64,000 bases of DNA from Raillietiella orientalis (Eukaryota). The position numbers and the translations under genes were made by a program. Shown here piece by piece: positions 37,611 to 51,156 of the stretch. The notes under the pieces are model-generated. The model had not been told where the DNA came from. It saw only the letters and a program-made list of their open reading frames with translations, and made no database searches. Location of the stretch: positions 2,728,001-2,792,000 of the forward strand of contig JAYWIR010000008.1 of assembly GCA_036172245.1 (NCBI GenBank). Reading direction: 5' to 3'. How positions within the stretch are numbered: the first letter of the stretch is position 1; each line of letters begins with the position of its first letter.

Positions 37611-37648
<38 letters not shown>
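37611..37648. repeat. (GT)n microsatellite
   Basis: Perfect TG run. Confidence 0.95.
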
Positions 37649-37652
<4 letters not shown>

Positions 37653-40600
37653 TTTTTTTCATGTGTGTGTTTTTCGCTTTCACATGACTTTTTTTTTTTT
37701 TTCTCTCCCTTCACTTCTCTCTCGCTCGTTTCGCCCGGTGCAAAAAACAACAACAACGATGCAACAGTTGCAGGTAATTAAAGAGCAGACGAGGGGAGAA
37801 GCGATTCCCCCTGCCCTCCCCATCCTATCGCTCCCCCACCCCCTCTTCCCCTGAAACAAACGGCTAATGGTCGCTGGATCCGAATCGATAGAGGGCGCGT
37901 TTTCCCCAGCACGTGTGGACGGCGCGCTTGCGAGGCAGCAGCAGCAGCACCACCACCACCACAAGAACAACCACGGGGGCGAAAGAGGCTGCGGCGGCGG
38001 CGGCGGACGGACGGACGGACGGAGGGCAAACGCGATTTTTGCACGCACGCACACGCCGGGGCAGCGTGCGGCGTTTCCAAGCGCCGCGCCCGCGCGCTCA
38101 TCGCCGTCGTTCACCGTCGTCGCCATGGACGACGAGGAGGCGGCGAGGAGCTTCCGCCCTTTCCCTCTACGGCCCGCGTTTTCGAGGGAAACCAGCAGCT
38201 CCGGAGGAAGGGAGGCCGGGAGGGGGCGAAATGGATGTGCTTTTGCAAGAGCGAATCCATCGCAGCCTAATCTGTCATCGGGGATCTCACGCACGCACGC
38301 ATCGCACGCACGCGGAAATGCCGCTGCCGGACGCGAACCGGACGAGGGTGGGGTGCCCCGCTCGCCGCGCCCTGCCTCCTCCTTCCTTCTCCCCTCTTTG
38401 GGAGCGATTTCGAAACTGGCGCGAGCCTTACTCTCGCCAGCAGGCGGAGAAGCAAACGGGATTTCCGGCGAAGATGCCGCGCCTCGCGTTTCGCCACCAG
38501 GATGGAAGGGGTCGGTGGCTCGCTGTGTGCACGGAATCTACCAGCTCCACTTTGCCGATTTGCCGCGAATCTCTGGACATGTTCCCAGGGGAACACGGAA
38601 CGCTGCTGCCTCGGAAGGAACCAAAAAAAAAACCAGCGGCAGCAGCAGAGCAGCAGCAGCCAAGAGCTCGCCTCTCCCCCCCCCCCCCTCTTCGTCACAA
38701 AAAAAAGCACTGCAAAGTGGATTTCTGGAATGTTCGCATTTCCCGTACTCCGCTTGTCCGTCCAGACGAGATTTTTCCATGGAAGTCCGACTCGAGTCCT
38801 GACGTCATAAAGGTAAGAGTAACGGTTCCGGTTACCACGGAATTGCCGAAATCGGATTGAGAGGACGACAACGACACTGCGACCAGCTTCCCAGGTCCGG
38901 ACCCTCCGCAAGCGCGCACGCAAGAGCGCCTCGGTCCGTGCGAAGAAAGCGCGAGCTGATGACTTCGGAGCGGAGGAGAAGATCAACACTTTCGATTTGG
39001 GCGCCTTCCGCTCTCTACTTTGAAACCGGCAACTCCCTCTTTCTCTTTTTTCGCCCCTTTCCTCTTCTTCCCCACGCTTTCTCGGAGTCGATCGATGTCT
39101 TTACGCATCGGACTCGCTTATTACGCCTCTCACAGCCCCGTGCGAGCGCTCGCCGAACCCTTCCGAACCTGCCTCCCCTCCGCAGCCCCTATTCCTCCAT
39201 AGGGCTTCTGCGCCGACGCCGAAAGGCGAAATCCTGCTCCGATCAGAACGTTTTCACCCCGACTGATGCGTGAAACTTCCCATCGCGGCTTTCGTCTCCT
39301 TTTCACGCGTGGAAGCATCGCTAAAGCCTTTGCACGAAACCTCTTGGGCCCGTGGGACCCTCTGGGGCACATTGGGTGCGCCCGGCTGTCTCTTTGTCGT
39401 CACCCGCGTCCCCGCGTGCGCTCAAATTTCATCGCGCGCCGAAGTTACGCGCCCCATTCTGCGGTGGGGAAAAAGAGATAACTCTCTAGGTGCCTCCTAG
39501 GTGCGCCCAACTCCTCCGTTTTTGCGTCTCCAGGAGAAGAACGGAAGGCACCGTCGCGTGCCCGCGCCGCCTTCTCTCGCTTGCCGGCCTTTCCGCCCTG
39601 AAGCTGCCCTTGGTCTCGGTCGCACGTGTTGAAAAGTTAGCTCAAGAAGGCGTCTTCGTTTTCGCTCGCACGGCCGACGGAGGAAGGGGCCGAAAGATGA
39701 ACTTCTCTACTGAGAGCTCAGGTAACCAAGTCAACAGCAGCGGACGCTCCCGAGCATCTCGCGTTCGCAGACCCAGCCCTGCCCGTCAGAAAGCAAAAGA
39801 AAAGAAACAAAAGCAAAAGGAAACGCCACGATTTTCCTTACTACGACCAAGCTGTGGCAGGGTCATCTCCGTCGTCTCCTAAAACGAAAACTCATTTGCC
39901 CAGGAGCACGCCAGACCTCGAGCAGGGAACAATCTGGAAGGGTTCCGATCTAAAAGGTTCCGGTTCGTATCCCGCGATTTCCAGGCATAATTTTCCCAAT
40001 TTTTTTTTTTTTTTTTTCTCCCCCCTGCTCATCATCCTGGTATTACTGCATTACCCAAAGCACACAACCTGGGGAACTGATAATCAACGGCACCGTAACA
40101 CTGGAAACAAAAAACGTCGTGTTCTGATTTGGGGATCAACGGGAAACGAATCCCCTTCCGGGTTTGGATCACACACACGCACACACATGCAGGCTGCGTG
40201 TGCACAGGTGATATGAAACCCGAGGACCATCGGCACGAGAAAGACGAGTCCGGAATCGGAAACTGCTCTCGTGAAAAGTGGTTAGAAGGATAAAAAAAAA
40301 AAAAAAAAAAGCTGTGCAAATTGTCTCTTAAGAAACACCAGCAAGTGCGCGCCGTTGTTGTTGACAAACAGTCCGAAGACTGATGACGCCGTTTGTTTAT
40401 GAATTCGCGGTGATGACAAACGGTCCTTGACAGGCTTCCGTTTCCGATTCATTTTGACGGATGCAACGCAAATCCGAGATACCTCCTAACTGTGAGAGCA
40501 ACAGCAAAAAGAAAGAAAAAAAAATACACACACACACGCACTCACGCACGCGCGCGCGCGCGCAAAGCGGACAAAAAGCAGAGCAATGCTTCATCCAGGA

Positions 40601-42799
40601 CACTTTAGACACAGGAGTATAAAGAAAAAAGGTAGTTAAGATTTTTCTCCGCTTTCCGGTTTTTGTTCTTCTTAAAAACGCTTTCGCCAAAGGTAAAAGA
40701 AGAGGCGCCCTCTTTTCATAGAGGCAACTTCCCTGTATGTGAGTTTTCTTCGCGCCTGGTGGCACCTTCCCGCTGAAGTCCGACGCCTCTCTCTCCATCG
40801 AATGCTGGTTCACTCCAGGTGCATGAATTTTTGAACACTGAACACTCGCCTGCCAGCACGTGTCTTCGGGATGGATACCGAAAGTACAGTTATGTTTCAT
40901 TTGCATTCACTTGTGCCAGTTCGCAAGAACGAAACCCCTCTGCCGAAGACGGCGAACTGCCTCTGCCGTAACCACGGCGCCGGCGGTGGCCACCGTCTTC
41001 CTCCGGCGGGGCGATGGCGGACCGGCTTTCGGCAGGCGACTGCCACAGCTCGCCTGCTGGTTCGGTCCCGGCGGTGGACAGGGAGAGAACACCCGAGACG
41101 TGGGTCGCGATGCTTCCCACCACGCTTCCGCACCGGATGCCGTCGCTCCTGTGCCATCCTGGCTCGCACCTGCCCGTTTCGTTGGGCGAGGGACGTGGCG
41201 ACCCGTGCCGTTCCCTGCTCGCTTTGAGAACGCCAGCAAAAAACGCGCTGAATGAGAATGAAGCTCTCGAAAGGCAAGAAGAGAGCAGATTCGATCTCTC
41301 GGTTCAGACTTGAAGCTTCCCAGGGAGCATTTTCGGGCGGAAGCAGCATCGGCTGGGGAGTTCGAAACCCAGGGAAGATGCCTGGCGAGAAGAGACGCCT
41401 TTGGGATGTGCAGGGAATGCTAAGCGCAATGGAGGAAAGTAGGGAACCACATCCTCGCACAGAGAGGGACTCGGGGAGATGCTCTCCCGATGTCGGGAGG
41501 GAACTGTGGTCCAAAGCGAACATCATTTGGGAGAAAGCACAGTGATCGGGATGGACCGGTGGGAATCCGTGACTCCTCCTGCCGGCAGGAAAGAGGGCTC
41601 GGCCTAGACCGAGTCCGACGGCAGTCAGGGTCACGCAAAAGTCGTAGGCGCAATAGAGATGGGGCTAACACTTGCAGCAGCTTCGACGACGGAGGCAAAC
41701 GCGGATCCCCGTTTCGAAAAGCTCTACGAGCGAAACGTCGATCCCCACCGACAGGCGCAGGAAGGCGTGCTTGCTCGCGTTGGGGGTGGGTGGGGGAATC
41801 TTCAGGCGAAGCGAAAGCCTCACCCGTGTGGTGATTCTGCCGCGAGTGGATCACAGACCACGCGGGAATCTCGCTTCGGATCGCATACGCCTGTTCGACG
41901 CTCCACGGGATGGATGAATCCGCCAATGGGGAAACGGAGGATCGATTCGGGATCGGATGCAGCGAGTGGAAGTAATCCTGCATGCGTTGTCCTGGAGCGA
42001 CGGGCCACCCATTTTGGAAACACAGTTCGGCCCGAATGAACGAATGCGCGTGTGTCAGTCGGGAATTAAAAGCGAAAGGCTTGGGACATCTGGGTCGCTA
42101 TGGTTTACCGATCTCAGTCCTCAGGGAAGGATCTCGACCGCTCAGGGGGGAAACCTGACTGAGCTTATACTGCTCGAGATATATTATCACAGGGAGATGA
42201 CATCCAAGACGTATCCGGCGGACGGAAGCCAGGTTTAGCTTGAATTGGTGCGCATATGCAGTGACCATTACCTCCCTGAGGAAAAAATCAATATATAAAA
42301 GGTCGGAAGGTCACGTGAGGCTCGAAACAAAGAAAAGAAAAGAAAAGAAAACCTTTTTTTTTTTCTTCTTCTTTTCTTTTCGAGAAGACCTTTTTTTGGT
42401 GCACTCTGGTCCCCATTCGAACGCACAATTCTTTCGCCTTTTTTGGTGCAGTCTGCAGATTTTTTGTAATGTTATAACAAAACACGTTCTCAGCCGAACT
42501 TATCTCGTGACAGGAATGTCAGAAAACAGGGATGGTTTGGTTTCCAAAATATCATCGGTGTGTCCCCCCCCCCCCCCACTCACTTAAGCATGGTGGACGC
42601 AACACAGGCACAAGGATCTGTACCGACTTCAAATACAGTAAACGATTGACGTCTGCGCTGATACGAAGCTTAATGCTGTACTGATTGGAAAGGTGCAGCT
42701 GTCTTCTCCATGCAAATTTAGATAATGTTACTATTAATATTTTTATCCGACCTGAACAAAAATTCATGTTCTCCGAGCAGTGCTCCCATTCTCGCTTGA

Positions 42800-45000
42800 C
42801 GGCAGATTCTGATTCCCGGAAGTAACTGAATTCCCGTCGTGGGTTAGGTCCAGACTTCAACGATCCTCCAAAAGCTCATCATCTTCGTTCGCCGACTGGT
42901 TGGTTGCCACGTGGATTTGCCAGTCTCCAGTAACAAGAAAAACAAATGGGCATTTTCTCTGGCACCAGGAGACGAGTAGTGTTCGGCTTCCAATGGGCGT
43001 GTGCTTTGCCCCGAGTCGATGCCCACCCCTCGCGATTTCGAATCAGCCCAACGAAAACAAGGATAGGGCTTGCATTTCACATCCGACTGTGGCAAGCCAG
43101 AATCGCTTCGGTGGCTCATTCGAAGGAAAGCGAAATGCAAAGGTGATGGGAATTCAGGTGGTGCATGTGCGCTGATAATTTCCTTTACGAAGAGATAGGA
43201 AAAGTAAAATACAGCCTCCAGCCGGTCTTCCAGGATTTTAGGACGAATGTAAAGATCATTCTCAAGCTGAACGGAAAAGATGAACGGGAAACGCTTTCAA
43301 AGTTTGCTTCCCCCCCCAGGGAATTCAGCAAACGAAGAATGTTGACAGCTTGAAAACCGAGCAGAAAAGCAAAACAGAAACATTTCAGGCAAGCAGAAGT
43401 TTCGCGAAACCTCCCCGGTTATTAATGCAAAAATGTGGTGGGCCTCTGATCCGGAATGGTTCCCCTTTTTGCCATTAACAGGCAAACCCATGAGGCCTAC
43501 GAGTTTTTTTTTTTTTTTTCTTTCTTTGAAAAGGGTCACCTCCTCATATCATTATCTCATCCTCCTATTTGGAAGAACGCATCCATCTTAGGTCAGAATT
43601 CAGAATTAGAAATGGATTAAATCAAATGAAGTTGAAATCCAACGGAAAAAAAAAAAAAAAAAAAAAAAAACAAGAATAAGCATATGTAATGAATAAGAGT
43701 AATGATCCAGCATGTTGATGTGTGGGCATTTTTCAGTGCCGGAGGAAATTCTCGAATCGTTCTGACCACCTGAATTCGGTGACTCTGCCTTCATCTCTCA
43801 AGGCAAGAAGTGTGAAAGATCCCAGCCATACGATATCCAAGAAAAAAAGTGTCTGTTCCATTGCTGATGGAATAACACTGGGGATTCCATAAGATTCCAT
43901 AAAAGATATTTTCTTTTTTACACTCCAACCACGGTGACCAATTGTGCAGCTGCGCCGTGCAACCCATGCAAAGGAAGGCGTATACCCAACTCTGCTGGGA
44001 TTTCCATTTCCATAAGGAAGGGGAGGAATTTTTTCGGAAACACCTTGGTGCACCAAGAAGCCTGCCGCACATTTTCCTCCCCGTCTTTGTCGAAACATTC
44101 CAATTTCGTTTTTCCTCATGGAACCAGCAGATGGGCTGAAATTTGTGCTGCCGTGGAGAAGTGCACGGCAGCTTCAAGGTCCACTGGCTGCTGTGGAATC
44201 AGTGGCGTTCTCCAGGCTCCCTGGATGGAATGCTTTCCGCACCAAACGGTAAACCACTTATTTGGGAAGCGACACACCTCACCCGGGTCTGCATTTAGCT
44301 CTCGTCTTGACGTAGTATAGATGGAACTCTGCGCTAGGCAACAGGCAACCCCCATGGCACAGCAGGTCCCCTTGCTCATTCCTCCAGCACGCTTTACCGT
44401 GCTCTCCCTGCTCGTACCTGATGATCCCCTATACCTTGAAATTCCACGTCGATTATTTTCTTGCACAGACAGCCTTAAATTTTGCAAAAACAGCGTGAAG
44501 CTGATTTCCGGGTACGACAGGGGGGGATGTGTGAGAAGGCCTTTACGCAGCTTGCTGTTCCTCACTGGATCAGCTTGGCATTCGAATGCCTATCCTGCCC
44601 GGTTGGGTTTCGAAAGGCTTGCCTTTTCCCCTTCCTCTATAGGATCTGCTCCTGTTTTGCTACTCACTCCCGTCCGCGGGCAGGCTGATGCAGTTGTTAA
44701 GCCATCCAGGTCTTCAACCGTTCGGCAATTTCCTCTTCCTTTCGCAACGCTGCAACTTCATGCTTCCATGCAAAATCTATTGCCTTGATTCCAGGACTAA
44801 TGAACAATTCCGATTTAGACGGCTCAGATAGAAGGAAAGCAGCACAGAAGCATAGGAACTAAGTTGCATGTGTCCAGCAGGGAGAGGGGGAGAGGTGAAA
44901 AAATTCCTGAAGGAAGTTCTCAAAGACATTCGTCCCGTTCTTAGCATCTTCTGCCAAGCAAGGATAGAATATTGCAAATTCGTTTTCCAGTTGTCTTTTC
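42800..45000 (-). mobile_element. Highly decayed Penelope-like element (RT followed by GIY-YIG-like endonuclease)
   Basis: Degenerate motifs in the expected order on the minus strand: MFRQRRG, PSVIPSAMEQTLFFLD (RT C-terminus), then CKPYPC...GQSTRPLEAEH (GIY-YIG-like). Many stops and frameshifts. Confidence 0.45.
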
Positions 45001-46275
45001 TTAGGAATACACATCCATTTTTGTATTTATTTTAAGAAAAAAAATTCCCTGACTACTGTTTCTTCCATCTCGCAGCCAAGTGCACCCACCTACTTCCGAC
45101 ACGTTTTTACGAAATATCAGAAAACATCGCAGTGCTTCCCGGAGACCTCCGCCTGCGTTCCATCGGAACATTCGGCGTCGTCACGGATTCGCAGACATGG
45201 AAACCGAACGGGAGCGAAACGGAAGGAGATGGCGTTCAGGAGATTTGCCCGGTGATCCGCCTGGGCTGAAGAGGGAAAACGTGCAAAAGTACAGCGGGAT
45301 CCTCTTGCATGAAGATCGAACCACTTTTCGGCTTATTATTCATCTTTATCACTATGGAGCGGAGGCACTTCCGAGCAAGTACACACGAAATGGGACTGCC
45401 CGGGGCCACAGTGGTTCTGGACACGCAAAGAGAAAGCAGAGGAATAAATAATTCAAGATGACTCCCCCCCCCCCCCCCCACACACACAAAATCAAAAAAA
45501 AAAAAATGAGGATAAAAAATGGAGGCAAAAAAAAAAAAAAAAAAAAAACTTGGCCTTAAGAGTCATGGCCGTGTTGATGATAAGTATTGAATTTTTCATG
45601 CACACACGAGCGGCTGACATGTGTTTCAAACACCTGACAAAGTGTCAGAAACAAACGGCCAAACTAAGCGACTGCTAGCGAGGATAAGAACGGCGCTTGC
45701 AGGGCAGCCAGATGCCGGCCGCTGCGTTCAAATTTTCGTTTTCGAAACGACACGTTCGGTCGGCGTCCACGTCTGCCTAGTCCACGTTTGCTCCCAGCAG
45801 CTTGGCCATGGTTTGCTTAAATTTATTGCGGACGGAATGAAGCGTCATTCATTTATTCTGGCATTACTTTTATCGTTTGTTTTTTCCCATCCAGCAAGCT
45901 GTGCAGGGAAAGCCATTGTTCCGTTCATTTGTGTCTTCTGCGGAAATTTATGCATATTTGTACACCTTTCCGGCGCCGCGCCAATGGCAGCAGCTTCTTC
46001 CCAGCTCACATTTCCTATCGCTCTCCGGAAAACCTTGCTCTCGTGTTACGGACACGACGACTCTCTTCAGGTGTTCCCGGTGTTCTGCCTGCCTTCGTGC
46101 CAATGGAAGAATCTTCATCGGAAAACACAAAGATCTGCTGGAAACGAAATCACACCCTTCTTCTTCAAGGTTGATTCTAAGCAGCAGCAGCCTCCTCCTC
46201 CGCCCTCCCCCCCCTGCCTAATAGCATCCGAGCTTTTTCGAATGCTTCCACTGAGGAGATGATGGGTGGTGGTGT

Positions 46276-46276
<1 letters not shown>

Positions 46277-46308
<32 letters not shown>
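46277..46308. repeat. (GT)n microsatellite
   Basis: Perfect GT run. Confidence 0.95.
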
Positions 46309-46309
<1 letters not shown>

Positions 46310-48289
46310 AAGCAGATCTCGTGGCTTCGGATGGTTTCATCTTGAAGCTGATGCTGAAATTGTCCGGCACCTCTTGAAAGCAATGAACTGTCGGTTACTT
46401 TCGCGCCGTGGAAGAATTGAAAATGAAATTCCGAACGACTTTACTTTCTCAGGAAATCAGTTAATGCAACCATCGTGCCAGGAAAACACGGTTTTCAGAT
46501 CGCAGATCGCTTGCATAGCGTCAAAGGAAGAAGGGGGAAAAAAAAATTGCAAAGACGTTGCAGTGACGTTTTTTCTTACCGATTTATTCTTTTTTTTCCC
46601 CCCCCCCCCCCGAGCAAGGTCTCCGATAAAATCATTTTCCACAAATGGGTGCATCATCATCTGCACACATCCTGCGAGAAATGCAAAGAAATCTGCTGTG
46701 AATCGATGGAAGGGCCCGCAGATCGCACACGCCTTATCTCGAGCCGCGTCGAGATAGTACGAGATGGTGATCTGAAAAATCTGCAGCGCGCCCTCAGCTC
46801 CCTCAGTTTTCCTTTCAGCGCATCTGGTGATGATGAAAAGGGAACCAAATCTTCGCTGCCAAGGCAACGAGCGGATGTGTGGACCCATGCGCACACGTTG
46901 AGGGATGCGTCCGAAAGTTGAGGAAGAGTGGCATCAGCTCATCCCTGCCATGTGCACGTGTGGAGAGGCTCGGGTAACGGGATCTTTAGAAGAAGAAGAA
47001 GAAAAAATTCTGTCGATGAAACTTTAAGCATACGAAAAGTTCCCTCCGTGTTTCCGCTGGGGTCATTTCCAAAGGCAGACTGTACTTCAGTTTATCTTCT
47101 GGAAGGGACGCACCACACACTTGCCTTTCCTTTTTTTTTTTTTTTTTCTTGTTTGTTTGCAAAGAACTCACTCTGTTCATTAAGTTGGAAAAGCAATTTG
47201 GCCTGCAGGCGCTGAACGTGTCGGAAAAATCGTTCGGTTTTTCCTTTTTCCGTGAGGTCACGGTTAGCACTGCCTTCGAAGTGGGAAACGGACCTTTCCC
47301 TGGTGGAATCGAAAGCGATGCAAAACACTCATCCTTGCATGAAATGCACCTAATGGGAAGTAGCTGGATCGATCAAGGCCATCGATCAGCAAACACTAGA
47401 ATGGTAGGATCGAATAACTCATCACGTCCGTTGAGTCATGTGCGTTCCAATGTATATAGGTCGAGGTGTGTATTGCCACTATATGTGTTCAGAATGGTAC
47501 TTGATGTATTCAAGCTTTCTAACCTTTGCAAGCACACAGATTCCCCCTCCCCCCTCCTTTTGGACAAATTCGTATGTTTCTTACTTTTTGTCTTCTCGGT
47601 GAGGTCGGTGAGGTGACAAATGACCATCATCACACAACCTTCTGCGCGTACACGCGGGTGCGGACTGGGGGGGGGGGGGGAGGGAGGGGGGCGAATGTGC
47701 TCGTTACGAAGCGGGTGCCAGCGAGTTCGGTGAAATTGAAACGTTGGTGCCCTGGAAGTGTGTTTTTTTTTTCTTCTTCTTCTTCTTCCTCTCTACGTCA
47801 AGTGCTTTTGTTTCCTACGCAACTTCTTAACCCACGATCCCGACTACGGGTTTTTCGAAACGCGTCGCGAGGCGAATTCGCTCTCCGCAGGAGCAGAGCC
47901 CCACGGTTACGACTTCCCCGCTTCACTCGTCTTCGGGGAAAAGGAGTGCAACCAGTAGCCAGGATGCCATCAATTCACGTGGATGAGAGACGCCCGCGCG
48001 GACGTGCGACTCTCGCCAGGAAGACTCCGCCGCACGAGGCGAAAAGGGCAGTGCGCGGGCGATGCCGTGCACCGCTTGACCGCTTCGGCCGCGGTCCGAT
48101 GTCCCGAAGCGCCGGGCTGTCGGCTCTGCGCACCTCGGCCCGGCGCGCCTGAACAGCCCAAGACGTTCACTGGAAATGATGCTGATTTTCCGGCGTGAGA
48201 TGACACACGGACAACACGACTTGAAGGACGTTCGCTCGAGGCTGCGTCCAAACAGATACACAGACAAACTGATCGAAAGGGACGGACAC

Positions 48290-48330
48290 GAGTCCACTGA
48301 AACCCGCCTGAGTTCGCTTGGTTATAGCTC
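48290..48330 (-). promoter_or_regulatory. Possible Pol II core promoter (TATA + arthropod Inr)
   Basis: TATAA starting at 48326, 28 nt upstream of the A of TCAGT (48298), at the AT-rich/GC-rich boundary. Possible donor GAG|GTGCGC near 48134. Could start the hexosaminidase transcript. Confidence 0.3.
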
Positions 48331-48436
48331 TCAAATTTCGTGATACGAGAGAATCATGAGGTAAAACCAGAGATTGCCCTGCGGCTTTGACCTCAAGCCG
48401 TCTTACGATCCAAACTTGATAAGGTCGGATGGCTTG

Positions 48437-48581
48437 AAAAACGAAGTGTAGGTTTTGGATCCATAGTTGCCGTGTGGGCCGATTTCATGTACAGAATCCC
48501 AACTACGGGGTGAACTAGCCCTTGCTTTTAGTTTGCAAAGACATCAGATTAGTTAAATTCCAAGGAAGATGCTGCTACAAT
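48437..48581 (-). ncRNA. Candidate two-hairpin small ncRNA (H/ACA-like or Pol III), copy 1
   Basis: Collinear with 51010-51156, with sharp boundaries. Minus-strand stems TTGTAG/TTGCAA, GCATC/GATGT and CCGTAGTTG/CAACTATGG; ANANNA hinge; ACA then TTTTT. Confidence 0.5.
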
Positions 48582-49387
48582 CAACAGGCAGCAAGGAGAC
48601 CACTGATAGCACACAAACATGGAGCCAACTGGTAGGACAAAGCTACCTTTGCTTTACATGTATCTACCTGACATTCTGGTATGTTGGATAGATATGTTGG
48701 CAGGTACACAGGGATCTGGGTCTGAAGTGTTTGGAGTTTTTGCGGCGGCAGGTTTGCTATGCAAACAATATTCTAATGAAATTCGGGTGTGAAGCAGAGT
48801 TCCGTGAGCATCACTCAGTCACTGATGCTGAACCCGTTGGAAATTCTTTTTTGAAGTTTACGTTAATACAGGAATGATCTTTTAGATATTCTGCATGCAT
48901 TCTTTCACAGTGGGCAAAAGAAGCTTATACATGGATACGAGCTTCCAACTGGTGTCATAACAAGATCATTCAAATCATACAGCAAACACAGATGTCTATG
49001 TTCTTTAGTTTGAGAACATCTTCAAAACTGTAGCAACAATTTTAACATCTGGTGGCAAGTTTCCCAAACAAACAACAGCAAGAAATGAACAGAAAACCAT
49101 TTGGCTCAATTCAATGAAGCATTTGCGATAAGTCATCTTTAATTGTTTCTGACCAAAATCCTTTGAAGTTTTAAGGATTGAGGCAATGCAGAACGGATGC
49201 AATCAGGAAACTAAATTCTAGATCAAAAATCCCTTTGTTCATGGTTTTCACTAAAGTCTGGCTATGAGTTCTTGAAACTTTGAAAGAAGAAAATGCACTT
49301 CATGTAATTTTAGTTCTATAAAAAGCACAACACCTTTCAGATTCATTTTATAAACAAAAGGTTTCACAATCTACATAAAAGCTTCTC

Positions 49388-50875
49388 TTAACTAGAAACC
49401 TCTTCAATGATAAAACACTTATTTAACACAGTAGCCTTCATTGCAACCCATCTAGCTTCTTTTCTCAAATGTGCATATGGAGAGAGAAATAAAAGAGTCA
49501 ATATTTTTTCCAAAACAGATGCATGTACTTTCACTATGGGTGCCATACTGGATAAAGTAAATGAATTTCCAATTATTCTAAGCAGTGGGGTAACAAGAAC
49601 AACATTATATTCATCATTTGACACAGCTTTGAATAGGACCAGCAGCACAGCTTCCAAGTATGCTAAGTCCCACAAACAAACATTGGCTGGATTGCAACTC
49701 AAATAAAACAAACTCCAATACAATTCTTCAATCATGCTTTGGCTCTTCACTATTTGTTTTAAAACATTAAACTGGGCTTCAGTTCTGAAATGAGAAATAA
49801 GCTAATGCATTATACAAAATTACTTTGCAATTAAAATCAACGTACAAAAAAGCATGTCAAGAAATATTCAGTACACACACAAAACAAGTCACATATTTGC
49901 TTACATTGATTGGTTCCACTGGTACCTAAAGTAATTCATCAAAGTGAAACTGGCAGCTTTCACAACACTATGACTTGGAGAGGTGATCAGCTTGAACAGG
50001 GGATGCAATAAACCCATTTTGCTTAACAATGTGCCACACCTTGATCCATTTGCACAAAGATTTCCAAGAACCATACAGCACTGATCCTATTAGAAGGATT
50101 ATTTGTTCTTGAAAATCTCCTAAACAGTCTACCTTATTCAAAATATTCATACTAAAAATTGGCATTGAGCATGATTAATTCCCATGATGAAATATAACTT
50201 ACACAAATATACAAAACTGATAAACCGAAGTGCTTTACTAAGAAACTGGATTTTCATAATGAACATTTCCTTCCATTATTTTTTGTCAAATATATAACTC
50301 AATTGGCAATGCAAAAATAATACCTGCATTAGATATGCATTAGTGTTGAGAAATAAAACTAAATATGGTCCGAACATTCTGGAAATTTTTTCATTAAGCT
50401 TTGAGTGGTTGCAGCACAAATTAACAAGACAGGTAACGACTTCCCATTGAAGTAATGCTGAATTACCTTAAACAAAAAAGTGCTAATAAATTTACGTGGG
50501 CATGAAATGGAATGCAGTACATTACAAATACAACCTATCGCAAAAAAAAACAAAAATGCCTCAAGAAATACCTGTTAACAGGGATAACAATGCTTGAAGA
50601 ATCCCATCTGTTTTAAAAAGTTGCTTCCTTAAATGCTCATACATAAGGCATTCTCTGATAAACTGAAGCAATTCGATGGTCACCAGCTTTTTCTTTTTCA
50701 GTTTTAAAAGAGTTTCTTGAAATTTCTCCACGGTCACATCTTGTGGAGCACAGACATCGGCATTCGCAAATCTTTTGGACTTCAGAAGAGTTTCTTTGCT
50801 TTGTGTGCGTATTTCGATTTTCAATTGTTTCATTTGAGATCTCAATGCACCCACTGAAGCATCATCTTCACACAT
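49388..50875 (-). CDS. TMCO6: TMCO6-like armadillo/importin-alpha-like repeat protein, 4 exons, 341 aa
   Basis: Exons 50875-50572, 50466-50324, 50086-49905 and 49784-49388, all GT-AG and phase-consistent. Segments LLSLLTGNSALLQWEVVTCLVNL, DQCCMVLGNL, LITSPSHSVV, EELYWSLFYL and LVTPLLRIIGN follow the ARM-like pattern of TMCO6. The basic N-terminus (LLKSKR) is IBB-like. Confidence 0.8.
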
Positions 50876-51009
50876 TTTGTACAAGATTTCAAGTATTGTT
50901 CACACTTCACTTCGCGGGTGTACACATGAGACCATTCAAACTGCACTAAGGAGCAGTTTCCAGCTCTACGAGGATTACCACAATGTTTAGAATGATGATA
51001 ATGTTAAAT

Positions 51010-51156
51010 AAAAATGAAGTGGAGCACCTTTGGATCCATAGTTGCCCTGTGGGCCAATTTTACATGTATAATCCCAACTATAGGATTAACTAGACCTTTC
51101 TTATGGTTCGTAATGACATCAAATTAGTCATATTCCAAGGAAGATGTTGCTACAAT
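51010..51156 (-). ncRNA. Candidate two-hairpin small ncRNA, copy 2
   Basis: Paralog of 48437-48581. Substitutions keep the pairing (TTGTAG/TTACGA, ACATC/GATGT); hinge ATAAGA; ends CCACTTCATTTTT. Confidence 0.5.

Noticed and set aside
48437..48581. Identification as U17/snR30, U4atac, U11, 7SK or telomerase RNA
   Set aside because: Only short motif resemblances; Sm site, m1/m2 arrangement and telomeric template are absent.
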